This document shows, one piece after another, positions 15,193 to 34,379 of a stretch of 64,000 nt of DNA (positions within the stretch are counted from its first letter, which is position 1; each line of letters begins with the position of its first letter). The DNA is taken from the NCBI RefSeq assembly GCF_009914755.1, contig NC_060928.1; one strand, given 5' to 3'. Origin of the DNA: the human T2T-CHM13v2.0 reference genome, Homo sapiens. Both the position numbers and the translations under genes were made by a program. The notes under the pieces were generated by a model, which saw only the letters and a list, made by a program, of their open reading frames with translations, was not told the origin of the DNA and did no database searches.

Positions 15193-15608
15193 GTTGCAGA
15201 AGTCTCTGATCTAGATTACTCTCCCTGCTTTCTGCCTTCCTTTCTTTGCTCCTTCCTTTACCAAACATCTCTCCCCCATCTAATTCATTTCATGGCTACA
15301 AGATACTCTTTTAAACCCAGATCTGATCAAAGCCATGCTCCAACTTAAAATGTGTCCTCAAAGTGCCTACAGGAAAGCAATTATGCCTATTGTCAGGTAA
15401 CTTAAGTCCTTTTACACTCTGGTCCCAGCTAGCTTTCTACCACTCTACATCCCCACCTCTGCACCTTGACATCTTCTATGCCCTCCACCTGAAATGATCT
15501 TTCCTTTCCTTCTCTTATTATACTCTAAACATTAATTGGCATCTCTACTATTGACCCTGCCATAATTCCACCAGTTCCCACCCTGAACTCCCAAGAATTT
15601 TGCCTGTG

Positions 15609-15721
15609 CTGGAATACTCCAGATATACTGTGGGTTTGGTTCCAGACCACCACAATAAAGTGAATATTGCAATAAAATGAGACACACTTTTTTTTGTTTC
15701 TCAATATATATAAAAGTTATG
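15609..15721 (-). mobile_element. Tigger1-derived non-autonomous element, part 1
   Basis: 'gggtttggttccagaccaccacaataaagtgaatattgcaataaa' Tigger1 terminus; split by L1. Confidence 0.85.
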
Positions 15722-16761
15722 GAGATTCCATTCCAAGATGGCCAAATAGGAACAGCTCTGGTCCACAGCTCCCAGCATGATCAATGCAGAAGATGGTGAT
15801 TTCTGCATTTCCAACTGAGGTAACTGGTTCATCTCATTGGGCCTGGTTGGACAGTGGGTGCAGCCCACGGAGGGTGAGTTGAAGCAGGGTGGGGAATCGC
15901 CTCACCCAGGAAGTACAAGGGGTTGGGGGATTTCCCTTTCCTAGCCAAGAAAAGCCATGACAGACTGTACCTGGAAAATTGGGACACTCCTGTCCAAATA
16001 CTGAGCTTTTCCAATGGTCTTAGCAAATGGCACACCAGGAGATTATATCCTGCGCCTGGCTCAGTGGGTCCCACACCCATGGAGCCTTTCTCACTGCTAG
16101 TGCAGCAGTCTGAGATCAACCTGCAAGGCAACAGCCTGGCAGGGGGAGGGGCGTCTACCATTGCTGAGGCTTGAGTAGGTAAACAAAGTGGCCAGGGAAG
16201 CTCGAACTGGATGGAGCCCACACAGCTCTGCAAGGCCTGCTGCCTCTGTAGACCCCACCTGTGGGGGCAGGGCATAGCTGAACAAAAAGGCAGCAGAAAC
16301 CTCTGCAGACTTAAATGTCCCTGTCTGACAGCTCTGAAGAGAGCAGTGGTTCTCCGAGCATGGTGTTTGAGCTCTGAGAATGGACAGACTGCCTCCTCAA
16401 ATGGATTTCTGACCCCTATGTAGCCTAACTGGGAGACATCTCCCAGTAGGGGCTGACTTACACCTCATACAGGCGGGTGCCCCTCTGGGACGAAGCTTCC
16501 AGAGGAAGGAGCAGGCAGCAATATTTGCTGTTCTGCAATATTTGCTGTCCTGCAGCCTCTGCTGGTGATACCCAGGCAAACAGGGTCTGGAGTGGACCTC
16601 CAGCAAATTCCAACAGACCTGCAGTTGAGGGACCTCACTCTTAGAAGGAAAACTAACAAACAGAAAGGAATAGCATCAACATCAACAAAAAGGACATCCA
16701 CACCAAAACCCCAGCTGTAGGTCATCAGCATCAAAGACCAAAGTTAGATAAAACCACAAAG

Positions 16762-17797
16762 ATGGGGAGAAACCAGAGCACAAAAGCTGAAAATTCTAAA
16801 AACCGAGGACTTCTTCTCCTCCAAAGGATTGCAGCTCCTCACCAGCAATGAAACAAAGCTGGACAGAGAATGACTTTGATGAGTTGACAGAAGTAGGCTT
16901 CAGAGGGTCAGTAATAACAAACTGCTCCTAGCTAAAGGAGGATGTTCGAACCCATCGCAAGGAAGCTAAAAACCTTGAAAAAAGATAGGACAAATGGCTA
17001 ACTAGAATAAACAGTGTAGAGAAGACCTTAAATGACCTGAGGGAGCTGAAAAACATGACATGAGAACTACGTGATGCATGCACAAGCTTCAATAGCTAAT
17101 TCAAACAAGTGGAAGAAAGGGCACCAGTGATTGAAGATCAAATTAATGAAATAAAGTGAGAAGAGAAGTTTAGAGAAAAAAGAGTAAAAAGAAACAAACA
17201 AAGCCTCCAAGAAATATGGGACTATGTGAAAAGACCGAATATACGTTTGATTGGTGTACCTGAAAGTGACAGGGAGAATGGAACCAAGTTGGAAAACACT
17301 CTTCAGGATATTATCCAGGAGAACTTCCCCAACCTAGCAAGGCAGGCCAACATTCAAATTCAGGAAGTACAGAGAACACCACAAAGATACTCCTTTGTGT
17401 GTATCTATGAAGGGCAACCCCAAGACACATAATTGTCAGATTCACCAAGGTTGAAATGCAGGGGAAAATGTTAAGGGCAGCCAGAGAGAAAGGTCGGGTT
17501 ACCCAGAAAGGAAAGCCCATCAGACTAACAGCAGATCTCTTGGCAGCAACTCTACAAGCCAGATGAGAGTGGGGGCCAACATTCAACATTCTTAAAGAAA
17601 AGAATTTTCAACCCAGAATTTCATATCCAGCCAAACAAAGCTTCATAAGTGAAGGAGAAATAAAATCCTTTACAGACAAGCAAAGGCTGAGACATTTTGT
17701 CACCACCAGGCCTGCCTTACAAGAACTCCCTAAGGAAGAAGTAAACATGGAAAGGAACAACCAGTACCAGCCACTGCAAAAACATGCCAAATTGTAA
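16762..17797 (+). pseudogene. L1 ORF1p, disrupted
   Basis: ATG GGG AGA AAC CAG start; KRPNIRLIGVPE motif; several stops and frameshifts. Confidence 0.9.
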
Positions 17798-17860
17798 AGA
17801 CCATCGATGCTAAGAAGAAACTGCATCAACTAATGGGCAAAATAACCAACTAACATCATA

Positions 17861-21657
<3,797 letters not shown>

Positions 21658-21869
21658 ACAGTGAGAACACTTGGACACAGGGCAGGGAACATCACACATG
21701 GGGGCCTGTCATGGGGTGGGGGCCAGGGGGAGGGATAGCATTAGGAGAAATACCTAATGTAATGTAAATGACAAGTTAATGGGTGCAGCAAACCAACATG
21801 GCACATGTATACCTATGTAACAAACCTGCATATTGTGCACATGTACCCTAGAACTTAAAGCATAATAAA

Positions 21870-22123
21870 AAAAGTTATGTTTACACTCTATTGTAGTCTA
21901 TTAAATGTGCAATTGCATTATGTCTAAAAAATGTACATGCCTTAATTTAAAAATATCATATTGCTAAAAAGTACTAACACAGAAACATGAAGTGAGCACA
22001 TGTTCTCAGAAAAATGGCACGGATAGACTTGATTGACACAGGGTTGCCACAAATCTCAATTTGTAAAAATGCAATATCTGTGAAGCGCAATAAAGCAAAG
22101 CCCAATAAAATGAGGTATATCTG
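21870..22123 (-). mobile_element. Tigger1-derived non-autonomous element, part 2
   Basis: Continues part 1 across the TSD; ends 'gcaataaagcaaagcccaataaaatgaggtatatctg'. Confidence 0.85.
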
Positions 22124-22283
22124 CGACTTGTCTTTTTATGCAAGTAAAAATCATTTCTGTACATGTTTCCATTTCCCTTGAGGACAATGCACACATGATT
22201 TATCTCTGTATCCTCTACAGGTACTAATATAACATTTTGGCATGTAATTAGTGCTCTATAAATGTTTGTTTAATATTACCGTC

Positions 22284-22910
<627 letters not shown>

Positions 22911-23291
22911 CCCTCTTTGTTCTCTATCTGTATCTATCTAAAGTACAAATAGACAGCCTCTGATGTGCTTGATAAGGATCTAGAGTCTTGGTTGGTTTCT
23001 CAGTCAACAAATAAGAAGCTAGTTGTATTTAATGTCCTTTATTTACTAAGAGGAAAAGAGACACCACTTGACACTTTAGCATGTTGTTTTCCAAACTCTA
23101 GTCATCTGTACATCACCATCATGATTTTTGTCATCTCATCATGCCAAATGTACCACTGTTTACATAGAATCACTCTTCACATTGGTTCATGTTTTTACTT
23201 CAGCATTTTAGAAAATACTATATGTGAAATCATAGGTTTGATTACATTTCCATAATATACATTAAAACAAATATATTATAATTAAAGTAAT

Positions 23292-23646
23292 TTGTTCAGA
23301 ATGTTTGCTACTCTACCCCACTGAGCCCTACCACTGTACTGGGATGGTCTCATTTCCATCTCTGTTGATGTCAGGCTCAGTCACTTGACTGGCTTTGTCC
23401 AGTGATGTTTGCTGCTCCTAAGCAGAAGATTTAAGTGGCATTTCCTGGACTGGTCACAATTCTTTCCCAGCCTCAAGACTGTACTTTAGCCTAGTACTGA
23501 AAAGAAGAAAATATGAAACAAAGCTGAAACCCACTGGCAACCTACAGGTTTGGGAGTGGGAGATAAATGTTTTTTATTGTAAGCCACTGAGATTTTCTTA
23601 TAGGTCATTCGTTACTGCAGCCTAACTTAACCTATGCTGACTAATC
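23292..23646 (+). mobile_element. Old MaLR LTR (MLT1I/J-like)
   Basis: 'ctcagtcacttgactggcttt...ataaatg...taagccactgagatttt...gttactgcagc...ctgactaat'. Confidence 0.65.
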
Positions 23647-24439
23647 AATTGCTCATTCTATATTACCTAAAGTCATCTTATATAATAACACTTTGAGAAA
23701 TACTCCTAAAGTGTCTTCTGCGGACTTGAATTGGGGAACAACTGTAAAGTATTGATGCATTTTTCAAATGACTCATTGCTTTCATCTTATTGAGAAATTA
23801 TTTAAATGGAATGTTTTTAAACCTGTGAATGTTCCACATCCTTACAAATCATGGCCTATAGATTTGCTGTTCCACTGGGTCCCTGCTCTTGTAGCATCCA
23901 TGGCAATTCTTTCACAGAAAGGGGGAAACCATTGCACTTTAAAAATAGCCTTTAGTCTCAAGAAGTGGTGATGGAGACTTGGCACTCAGATGACCAAAAA
24001 GGCACTGCTTGTCTCAAATCCTCCAGTTTCTCCCACAGATACTTCAAAGACTTTAAAGGAAGCTGGACTTTGGGAAGTGCCAGGCCCTTGAAGTTGGGCA
24101 CAGAGCATGTGGGAATGCTTTTCAGGGCTAAGACAGGTGGATGATTTTTAACATAAGAGGACTGAGGATTAAAAAAAAAAAAAAACACACAGAGTGTAAA
24201 ATTATTCTTTATCTGTTTGCCCATTATCTAATCCATGTAATCTTCTACAAAATACATGTTTTCTGCTATGATCAGGGAATGGCAATGAAGTGATTCATGA
24301 ATATTCAGGTTTTAAAGAGTTGTCATACCTGCTACGTAAGAATAACACAATTTTAAAGAACCACATTGTCATTAAAATAATATATAAATAGAAGACATAA
24401 TTAAACCATTATTTAATTCGAAACATACTTCTTAAAGCT

Positions 24440-25150
24440 GCTGTGGGCCTCTGTGGAGAACAACAACCATCTTTTGACTTCTGTTCCCCTCCATTCTTCT
24501 CCATTCTGCTGCCCTAGATAGTAATTATCTCCTTTTTGCCAAATAAGAAGTCTTTCTTAGTTCTCTTTCTCTTTAACTCCTTGGCTACATTTAACAATTA
24601 ACCTCCATCTTGAATTTCACTCTAATCCAGTGTTCTATGAAAGTCCACTTTCCCAATTCTTCTTTGAACTCCTAGAAAATTTTTTTTCACTTTCTCAGCT
24701 CATTTTCTTCCTCTTATGTAAGTGAGCCTGCTCCTTCAATATCCTTTGACCTCTGTTTTTGTCCTGTTACCCTCTTTGCTTTAATAAACTTACCCATCAC
24801 TACAGTATCATTTTGAGGCTGTCATCTCCATCCCTGGCAAATATTTTGCTCCCAGGATTTGTAATTTCCACCAACTCAGAGGTCATATCTACTTGGATGT
24901 CCTACTATCATTTCAAACTCAACATGGACAAAACCACGCTATCTTCTGACCAATACAATCTACCTTTTTACTGCTCACCACATTCCCATTCTCCTAGGAA
25001 TCATCATTTATTCATCCCTCTTTTTTAGGACCTCAATTCAATCTATCTTCAAGTAAGTTATTTTTATCTTTAAAGTATTCTTTGGATCTTTTTATTTTCT
25101 TCTAATTTCTACTTTGAATATCCTTGTCCAGACTACATAGCACCCTGCAA
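24440..25150 (+). mobile_element. Degenerate L2 fragments
   Basis: 'catatctacttggatgtcctactatcatttcaaactcaacatg' L2 motif. Confidence 0.55.
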
Positions 25151-25184
25151 CAGCATCATGCCATGATGTATGAAAGATGCTCAG

Positions 25185-25495
25185 TGAGGCAGATGCCTCT
25201 GGTTGCCTATTAAGTATCTAGTCTCCCCTCCTTTTTTATTACAATAGCTCCAGTAACGTGGGGGAGGGAGTCAATAGCAACACACCCAAGTAAAAATATC
25301 TTTCCTGTTATCCCTGCATCTAGGGGTGGATGACTTAGTTCTGCCGATGAGCAACTCTACTACACAAGAATTCTGGGAGAGCTATGGTTTTCCCGATAAA
25401 AGGGAAAACCCAGCTGGTGCGTGCCTTTGTCTTTCTCCTTTCCTTCTCTGCCCCCTACCGTGGAATGTAGATGCAATGTCTGTGGTTAAAACGCC
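25185..25495 (+). mobile_element. Old MaLR LTR fragment (MLT1J/K-like)
   Basis: 'gaggcagatgcctctggttgcc...ccctgcatctaggggtgga...ggaatgtagatgcaatg'. Confidence 0.55.
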
Positions 25496-25499
25496 ATAG

Positions 25500-25715
25500 T
25501 TTAAATCAGACAAGCTTAAGTTTTAAACCCTACCTCAGATCCTTTTTGTGTGGAGACCATGGAAAACTTACCTATCCTCTTTAAGCCTCACTTTCTTATC
25601 TGTAAAATGGGTACAACAATATTACTAGGTTGTTGGGAAGATTAAAAGTATTAATATGTTTATAAAACGTTGAGAATGATGATGCATATGACCTTGCCAT
25701 TACCAGTAAATGGTG
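25500..25715 (+). mobile_element. MIR SINE
   Basis: 'taagcctcactttcttatctgtaaaatggg...ttgttgggaagattaaa'. Confidence 0.7.
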
Positions 25716-28654
25716 GATATGATTCTGGCTGTTTCCATTCTCTGAACTCCTGTTGTGCTTAGAATAATTATGATACATATTTTCACTGCCACATTTCGTC
25801 TCCTAGATTACCTGCCTCCTTGGAGACAAGGAGACTAGAACCACCTTGAGGCCATTGACTATCTTATCTGCTTGTTTTATAGCCTTCGAATTGCCTTGTT
25901 CAGTTCTAGGTGTGTAGTGGGCTCTTTAAAACAGTAATTTATTGACAGATTATCTGATAAGTACACGAAAATCAGGTCTCAGGACAAATTAAGTATTTGT
26001 AGAAGTTAAGATACCAAGGGGAAATGCTATAAGAATTATGATTTTGCACTGAAAACTTATCTAACCATCTTCAGAGAAAAACCTGGATGTAAACAGTGAG
26101 CCTGCTGTGGAAGGTTTCTACCCTGCACCAGGCCTCATACTGAGTCCTAATTCAGCCTCTCTTCCCAACCCCTCACATGCTCATTCAACTCCAAAGCACT
26201 GGGGAGCAGGGCAGATTTCCCTGGGAAAAGAACTTCCTAAACATCTCCTTTAACATCTCAGTCTTTCTCCTCTTGTCTCTTCCTGGTTGCTTTCCTTCTT
26301 TTCAGCTTTCTCCCCTGAAAAAAGACTTGGGAAAATCCCCATATGAAGACCCTTGTTTGCAACACTTAGGTTCCCTCCTGAGCTTGTACACCCTCCCTGG
26401 CCACCAGCAAACCCAAAGTCCTAGTGGTAAGCAGGGATTGCATGGCACATCCCGGGGAGACAGCATACTTCTTAGGATCTCCCTCTGGGGAGGGTGATTT
26501 GTAGATTTATTGCAGCTTGATGTGGCTTCATTCCTATGCACCAGGGCAGTTTTTCACTTCCTTTACATCACCTCCAGCCCTACTCTGCTACTTCCCTCCA
26601 TTCTCTACTTCTCTCACCTCCACACTGCAGCCTTCTGTTTCTGTCATCTCTCTTTGTCCTAATCATCAACCTCCATCCTTTTTGTTTCCAGAAGGCCTGC
26701 GGCTAGTGACTGAGGCGGGGGTGCACCACGTCTTCAACCAAGGGCAGCACAGAAGAAGTAGAGTCCCTCTCAGCTGGAGGGTCTGATGATGCTTCTCTCC
26801 TCATCAAAGCTGGAGGCAGGAGGCAGCTTCCTGTCCATGACTCTCACCGCCTTGTCTTGGTCATGGCAAGTTTTTATTTGCTCCCCAAATAGACCAGGGT
26901 TCTATGAATAGGCACACCCAGTTATGAATGGAGAGAAGCTTTAAATCAGGATATTCTAACACCTTTATTACTCACGGTCGGTAGGGACCAGAAATATGGA
27001 GATTAAAGTGTCCATCATGTCACTAGAATCCCTTGGGTATAGGATCTTACGGCGTGGCCTTATCTTTCTTTTATCAAAACATACACACACAAAAGACATT
27101 TACCTGCCACATGCACCCCCAGGATTTGAAAATGGAGCACAATAAAAATAAGCTGACAGTGGGAGAAAGTGGCATATTCATTTTCTCTGTCATTACCTTT
27201 GATTATGAAAAAGCCCTGAGCAGGTGTCAGGTTTTTCCGCAGCTCTCTCAGGAAGATCTGGGCTCCAGGTATTTCCCACGTGAGTTCATGGGATGCGGGA
27301 AGATGTAGGCACTGAAGGCCGCTGACATCCTATTATGACTGAGCAGCAAATCTGCCAGGAAATAAACATTCTAATGTAGATTTCTAGGATTTGCTCCAAT
27401 TTTCTCATGAAAAGAAAGCCATCTCTGACAATTTACAGATCATTTAGCTTCTCCACATGATGTGTTTGATTCTCTTTTCTCCCCTTTCCTCTTCTTACTT
27501 GAGTCTGCCACCACCGGCTATTGCCCTGGTTGTGTTTGTTACTGTGTGTGTGAGTGTGCATGTCTCGGCATGTATGTAACCTTGAACTTGTACATTAACA
27601 TGCTTATGATTCTCTGGGATCATTTTTATTTTCAAATATGGAGACTGCCTTGTCCCTCCCCTCCCTCCCCTCTTCTCCTCTTCCTACCAAGCTGCTCTTC
27701 TGTGCCTCTGTTGTAACTGGGTCATGTTTTTGACTCTAGCAAGAGGAAACAAGGGGCCTTCAGTGGGAAAGCAAGAGGTTTCCAGTGCTCACCAAATACA
27801 GATGCTCAGGAAATGGGGGACTCATGTGGCTTACATATAGGGAACTTCACAGCTAAAATACCATGTCCTGTGTAGGAGGCCCAGATCACTTCTCGGCGTG
27901 TCCCAGCCTGCCTGCCTCCAAATGTCCTCTGGAATAATTCAACTTCTTATCTAAGGTACGAGCCAGCTTCCTTGAACTGCCAACTGCTCGATTGCACAAC
28001 AAATCGGTTATATAAGAGGATCTTAAGAAAGAATAAAATCATGAGCACCCCATAATTGCCTCTCTCCAGTCTTCAGCCCTAGACCCAAGGAAGAGGGCCC
28101 AGTAGGGGCAGTTGGTCGATTTGTAAACAGAAACTGCAGAGTGGACCGTTGGCTTTGTCGAATGATGTTCAAAAGCTGCACGTTGTCTTTAATGTTTCCT
28201 TGGACTTCCCCCACCCCCACTCCACCTCATCACCCCAAGTGCAGGCCCTAATTATCCTGGATGAAAATAGAAGGCTCCTCATCATTTATTTATTTTTAGC
28301 ACTTGCTCAAACTAATTGGTAGACCTGCAACCCATACATAATACAGTGATCTGGAAGAAACTGACAGCTACTTAATGACAAATTCTATTGTACGAGGACA
28401 GAGAACGTGAGGCTTAATCTGCAGTAGGGTCTCGTTTCTGATACATTTTGTCTTTAAGGGTTATTACCAGAAAGTACTCAGCCAAAGCTCAGGGAGGCCA
28501 GCCCAGCCCTCTCCCTGCTTCTCCTGGCTTTCAGTGGTGGGTTGGCTGGATCTGAGCCTTTGAGGGAATGAGGTCTGGTATTTAAGAGGGCCATGTCCTG
28601 GAAAGGCCATGTCTTGATCACTAAATAAAGAAGGTCATGAAGAATCTGGGAAGA

Positions 28655-28830
28655 GCAGGAATTCTGGAGGCAGACAAACCTAGGGAAACTCAAAGCTTGA
28701 ACATTCATCATCTATGTGACTTTGGAGAAGTTGCTTAACCTTTCAGACCCTCAGTTTCCTCATGTCTCAAAATGGGGAGCATAAGATCTGCCCTTCAGAG
28801 TGCTTTGGAGGATTAATGTGGAAACACCAA
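28655..28830 (+). mobile_element. MIR SINE
   Basis: 'tatgtgactttggagaagttgcttaacc...ctcagtttcctcat...aaaatgggga'. Confidence 0.8.
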
Positions 28831-29089
28831 TTATGCTGCATAATACAAGCTTAGATATCGATAAAAACTTCTTTCACTCTATGAATTTACAGCATCCACA
28901 AGATCTCTTACATCTACAGCTATATTTCTTAGACCTATTTGCTCTAGGGAGCTATGAACACCAAGATTTGCACTTCCATTTTATTTTTTATTGGGAATAT
29001 AATATAAACAAGATATCAAGCTACCATGCAAGACATCACCAAGAAGATTCTGGAATTCTATGACTGATTCCACTTGACCATGTGCTCAA

Positions 29090-29280
29090 GCGCTGTGAAA
29101 TCAAGAAGGCCTACTTTTGAATCCTGGACTAAATGTGTAATCTTTGGTAAATTATTTAATCTTTCTAAGCCTTAATTTTCTCTTTTTATTTTTAGGAATT
29201 TTGTGAATATTAAAAAGAATAACGAGTATAAAGTATCTAATTAAGTGCTTGAAATAGATTAGGTACCCTTAAAATATTAC
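29090..29280 (+). mobile_element. MIR SINE (degenerate)
   Basis: 'tgtgtaatctttggtaaattatttaatctttctaagcctt'. Confidence 0.6.
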
Positions 29281-29339
29281 TTTCTTCTCTCCATTGATTA
29301 ATCTTTCATATTAATTTTCTACTGTTTTGAACTGAAATA

Positions 29340-29460
29340 TATATTCAGTCAAGTAACAAATGTTTGTTGAGCATCTACTGTGTGGCAGAGACTGTTCTAG
29401 ATGTTAGAGACCTAATATTCTGGCTGAGGGGGAAAGAAGATAAGCTGACAAACACAAATT
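29340..29460 (-). mobile_element. L2 3' fragment
   Basis: 'aacaaatgtttgttgagcatctactgtgtggcagagactgttctag'. Confidence 0.7.
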
Positions 29461-29857
29461 TATATAGTTTTGTTTTAAAAACATATTTATATAGTTTTGT
29501 TTAAAAAAGAGCCCAGAGGAAGAGCTGACTTTGTAGACTGCGCTAACCTGTTAGAGATTTTTTCAGACAGGCTTGCCTATGTGAGTATGCTATCTAGATC
29601 AAACATAAATGCTACATAGTGCTTACATTATTAAGCCTTCTAGGTAAGTGTCATGTAGCAGTAGCCCCTTGATTTTATTTGAAAACAATCTGAATATCAG
29701 ACCTGTAAATTATTTAATGGACCTCCTTCCATGAGGTTTATGTTACATGTTACTTTCTTCACTCAACTATATTTCATTTCATGGAGGAACATTTACATAA
29801 GCATATAGAGAGCTTTTTCGTCTGTTTATATAGCTGCTTATAATTCCAAAATATGTG

Positions 29858-29880
29858 CACACACACACACACACACACAC
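29858..29880. repeat. (CA)n microsatellite within an old L1M fragment
   Basis: Direct reading. Confidence 0.9.
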
Positions 29881-30542
29881 CATTATTTAGCCATCCCCTT
29901 ATTGATGGGAATTTTCTACCTGTTCGGGGGGAGGAAAATTAGAAAATTGATATCCTTGTTCCTATATTATTATGCTCATATGATAATTTGTGTAGGATAT
30001 ATTCTTTTTATATTTTGAATTTTCAAAATGTCAATCACATGAACCCAAAATAGTATCAACTGTCATGGTTTTCACAGATAATTTCTCTTTTTCAATTGCA
30101 TTCATCTTTCTTGACTATTTGCCAATAGTTCATCAATTACATTAGTTTTCTGGAAACTCTTGGACAAGGTTTTGTTAGGTGCGCCTTTCTGCTTTCCCAT
30201 GGATTTCCTCTGGGTGGGCTGCAGAGCACTGGCTGAGTGTGGGATGCAGGGTGAAGCAGATTGGGGGTACAAGCTTCTGGGCTGCTTCTTGCTAAGCATG
30301 ATCATGGACACATTTCTTCACCTCTCCAGGTCTTACTTCTTTGTCTACAATCTGAGGATAATTCCCTCCCACCTTTATTCACTAATGCATGTTATTCTTT
30401 TGGCCATTCACCTGGGACATCAATCTCCAATTCCTAGAAGTATCCAGGAGAGTTGGTGCAGAAGACTCTCCCTCTTTAGTGTCCTCCACAGTAACTTCTG
30501 TTCCCTCACATAGCTGCCTTCTGAGGAAATTTACTCCTTTAA

Positions 30543-31780
<1,238 letters not shown>

Positions 31781-32020
31781 TTAATTTTCTTACTTCATTT
31801 TATTGATTTTTGGTTTGGCTTAGTAGTGTCTTTATTGCAAAAAATAATACTTGCCTCATGGGATTATTATGAGAAATAAGGAAAGAATCTGATAATTTCA
31901 AATACAGAGGTGAATTTATAGACTTCATTTCTATATCTTGCTCAAGTTTGATAAGGCTAGAGCTAGAAGCCACATTGGTAGAAAGTTAGTGCCCAGCAAT
32001 GGTGTTTAAGTTGCATAGGA

Positions 32021-32499
32021 CAGTGGATTTCAAATATTTTGGTCTCAAGATCCTTTTACAGTCTTAAAAATTACTTAGGACCCCAAAGAGCTGTTGTTTA
32101 TGAGAAATAAATCCCTTTATATTTACCATATAAGAAATTAAAAATTAGAAAAATTATATGTATTAATTTATTAATAACAATAATAAACCCATTACATGTT
32201 GCTATAAATAACATTGTATGAGAAAATGTCTATATTTTAAAAACAAAAAAATTAATGAGAAGAATGGCATTGTGTGACTTTTTTTGGAAATCTTTTTAAT
32301 GTCCAGCTCAAGACTTCCAGATTCTCAGATCTGCTTATGCATTCAATCAGTTGCTGTATGTTTTTTTGTTTCAAGCACATAAAGAAAATTTGGCTGTACA
32401 TAAATATGTAGCTGGAAAAAAGATATGTAGCTCCATGAACAGCTGGGAAGGATCTGCAGAACTACGAGGAGTTCTTGTGTCATGCTTTGAGAACCACTG
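32021..32499. mobile_element. hAT-Charlie element (Charlie4a/MER80-like)
   Basis: TIRs CAGTGGATTTCAAA / TTTGAGAACCACTG; 'ggaccccaaagagct' subterminal motif. Confidence 0.8.
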
Positions 32500-32714
32500 A
32501 CGTAAGTGCATGGTATCTGGTCCACACTTTTACATATTTTCAGTTTGGCCATCAAGTCCCCACAGTTATGACTTTGCAGCAAAGATCTTGATAAAACAAA
32601 AAACTGGACACTAATGTAAGAAATGATGTACTGAGATTCTCTGAGGGTTTGAAGCCTAAAGAGTATTACCCACAAGACCCACTTACCACTTTATATTATG
32701 CCCAAAATAACGAA

Positions 32715-32945
32715 CAGTGCTGAATAAGAGCACAGGCTCTGGAGACAAAAGAATTGGGCTCTATTCCAAGTCCTACCATGTAAAAGTTGTGTGTATTGAG
32801 AAATGGCTTAATCTATCTACACCTTAATTTCTTCATCTGTAAAATACTCAATTTCATAGGGTTCTCATGAAGATTAATGAGATAATGCATTTGAAGTTTT
32901 TCATATAGAGTTGACATTAAATGCTTCACAAATGTTAGTTCTTAG
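32715..32945 (+). mobile_element. MIR SINE
   Basis: 'taagagcacaggctctggag...tttcttcatctgtaaaat...gattaatgagataatgcat'. Confidence 0.8.
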
Positions 32946-34379
32946 ATCAACAGCACTCGATTTCTCACTAAGATCAACATTCTATGAGCTTTAATACAAG
33001 CCAACAGCAAGACCTTTCTTTAAAAAGACACTAAGAGTGGCTGGCAGGATGGCCAAATATGAACAGCTCCAGTCTGCAGCTCCCAGTGAGATCAACACAG
33101 AAGGCAGGTGATTTCTGCATTTCTAACTGAGATACCAAGCTCATCTCATTGGAACTGGCTAGACAGTGAGTGAAGCCCACGGAAGGTGAGCAGAAGCAGG
33201 GTGGGGAGTTGCCTCAACCTGGAAGTGCAAGGGCTTGGGGAACTCCCTCCCCTAGCCAAGGGAAGCCATGAGGGACTGTGCTGTGAGGAACAGTGCATTC
33301 CAGCCCAGATACTATGCTTTTCCCATGGTCTTCAAAACCTGCAGACCAGGAGATTCCCTTGGGTGCCTACACCACCAGGGCCCTGGGTTTCAAGCACAAA
33401 ACTGTGAAGCCATTTGGGCAGACACCGAGCTAGCTGCAGGAGTTTTTTCTTTCATACCCCAGTGGCACATGGAATGCCAGTGAGACAGAACTGTTCACTC
33501 CCCTGGAAAGGGGGTACTGAAGCCAGGGGGCCAAGTGGTCTAGCTCAGCAGATCCCACCTCCATAGAGCTCAGCAAGCTAAGATCCACTGGCTTGAAATT
33601 CTCACTGCCAGTACAGCAGTCTAAGTTGACCTGGGATGCTCTAACTTGGTTGGGGGAGGGGCGTCCACAATTACCAAAGCTTGAGTAGGCGGTTTTCCCC
33701 TCACAGTGTAAACAAAGACGCCAGGAAGTTTGAACTGGGCAGAGCCCACTGCAGCTTGGGAAAGCCACTATAGCCAGATTCCCTCTCTAGATTCTTCCTC
33801 TCTGGGCAAGGCATCTGTGAAAGAAAGGCAGAAGCCCCAGTCAGGGACTTATAGATAAAACTACCATCTCCCTTGGATAGAGCACCAAGAGGAAGGGAGA
33901 GCTGTGGGCACAGCTTCAGCAGACTTAAACGTTCCTACTTGCCAGCTCTGAAGAGAGCAGTGGATCTCCCAGCACAGCGTTTGAGATCTGCTAAGGGACA
34001 CACTGCCTCCTCAAGTAAGTCCCTGACCTCTGTGCTTCTTGACTGAGAGACAACTCCCAGCAGGGATCAACAGACACCTCATGCAGGAGAGCTCTGGCTG
34101 GCATCTGGTGGGTGCCCCTCTGGGATGAAGCTTCCAGAGGAAGGAACAGGCAGCAATCTTTGCTGTTCTGAAGCCTCCGCTGGAGATACCCAGGCAAACA
34201 CGGTCTGGAGTGGACCTCCAGCAAACTTCAGGAGACCTGCAGCACAGAGGCCTGACTGTTAGAAGGAAAACTAACAAACAGAAAGGAATAGCATCAACAT
34301 CTACAAAAAGGACGTCCACACAAAAACCCCATCCAAAGGTCACCAACATCAAAGACCAAAGGTAGATAAATCCAAGAAG

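Noticed and set aside
14557-15348. 263-aa K/R/E-rich ORF and the 174-aa F/L/S-rich antisense ORF
   Set aside because: Artefacts of a stop-free purine repeat in an L1 tail
16519-16553. 17-bp tandem repeat GCAATATTTGCTGTYCT in the L1 5'UTR
   Set aside because: As I recall, a normal feature of this L1PA 5'UTR type
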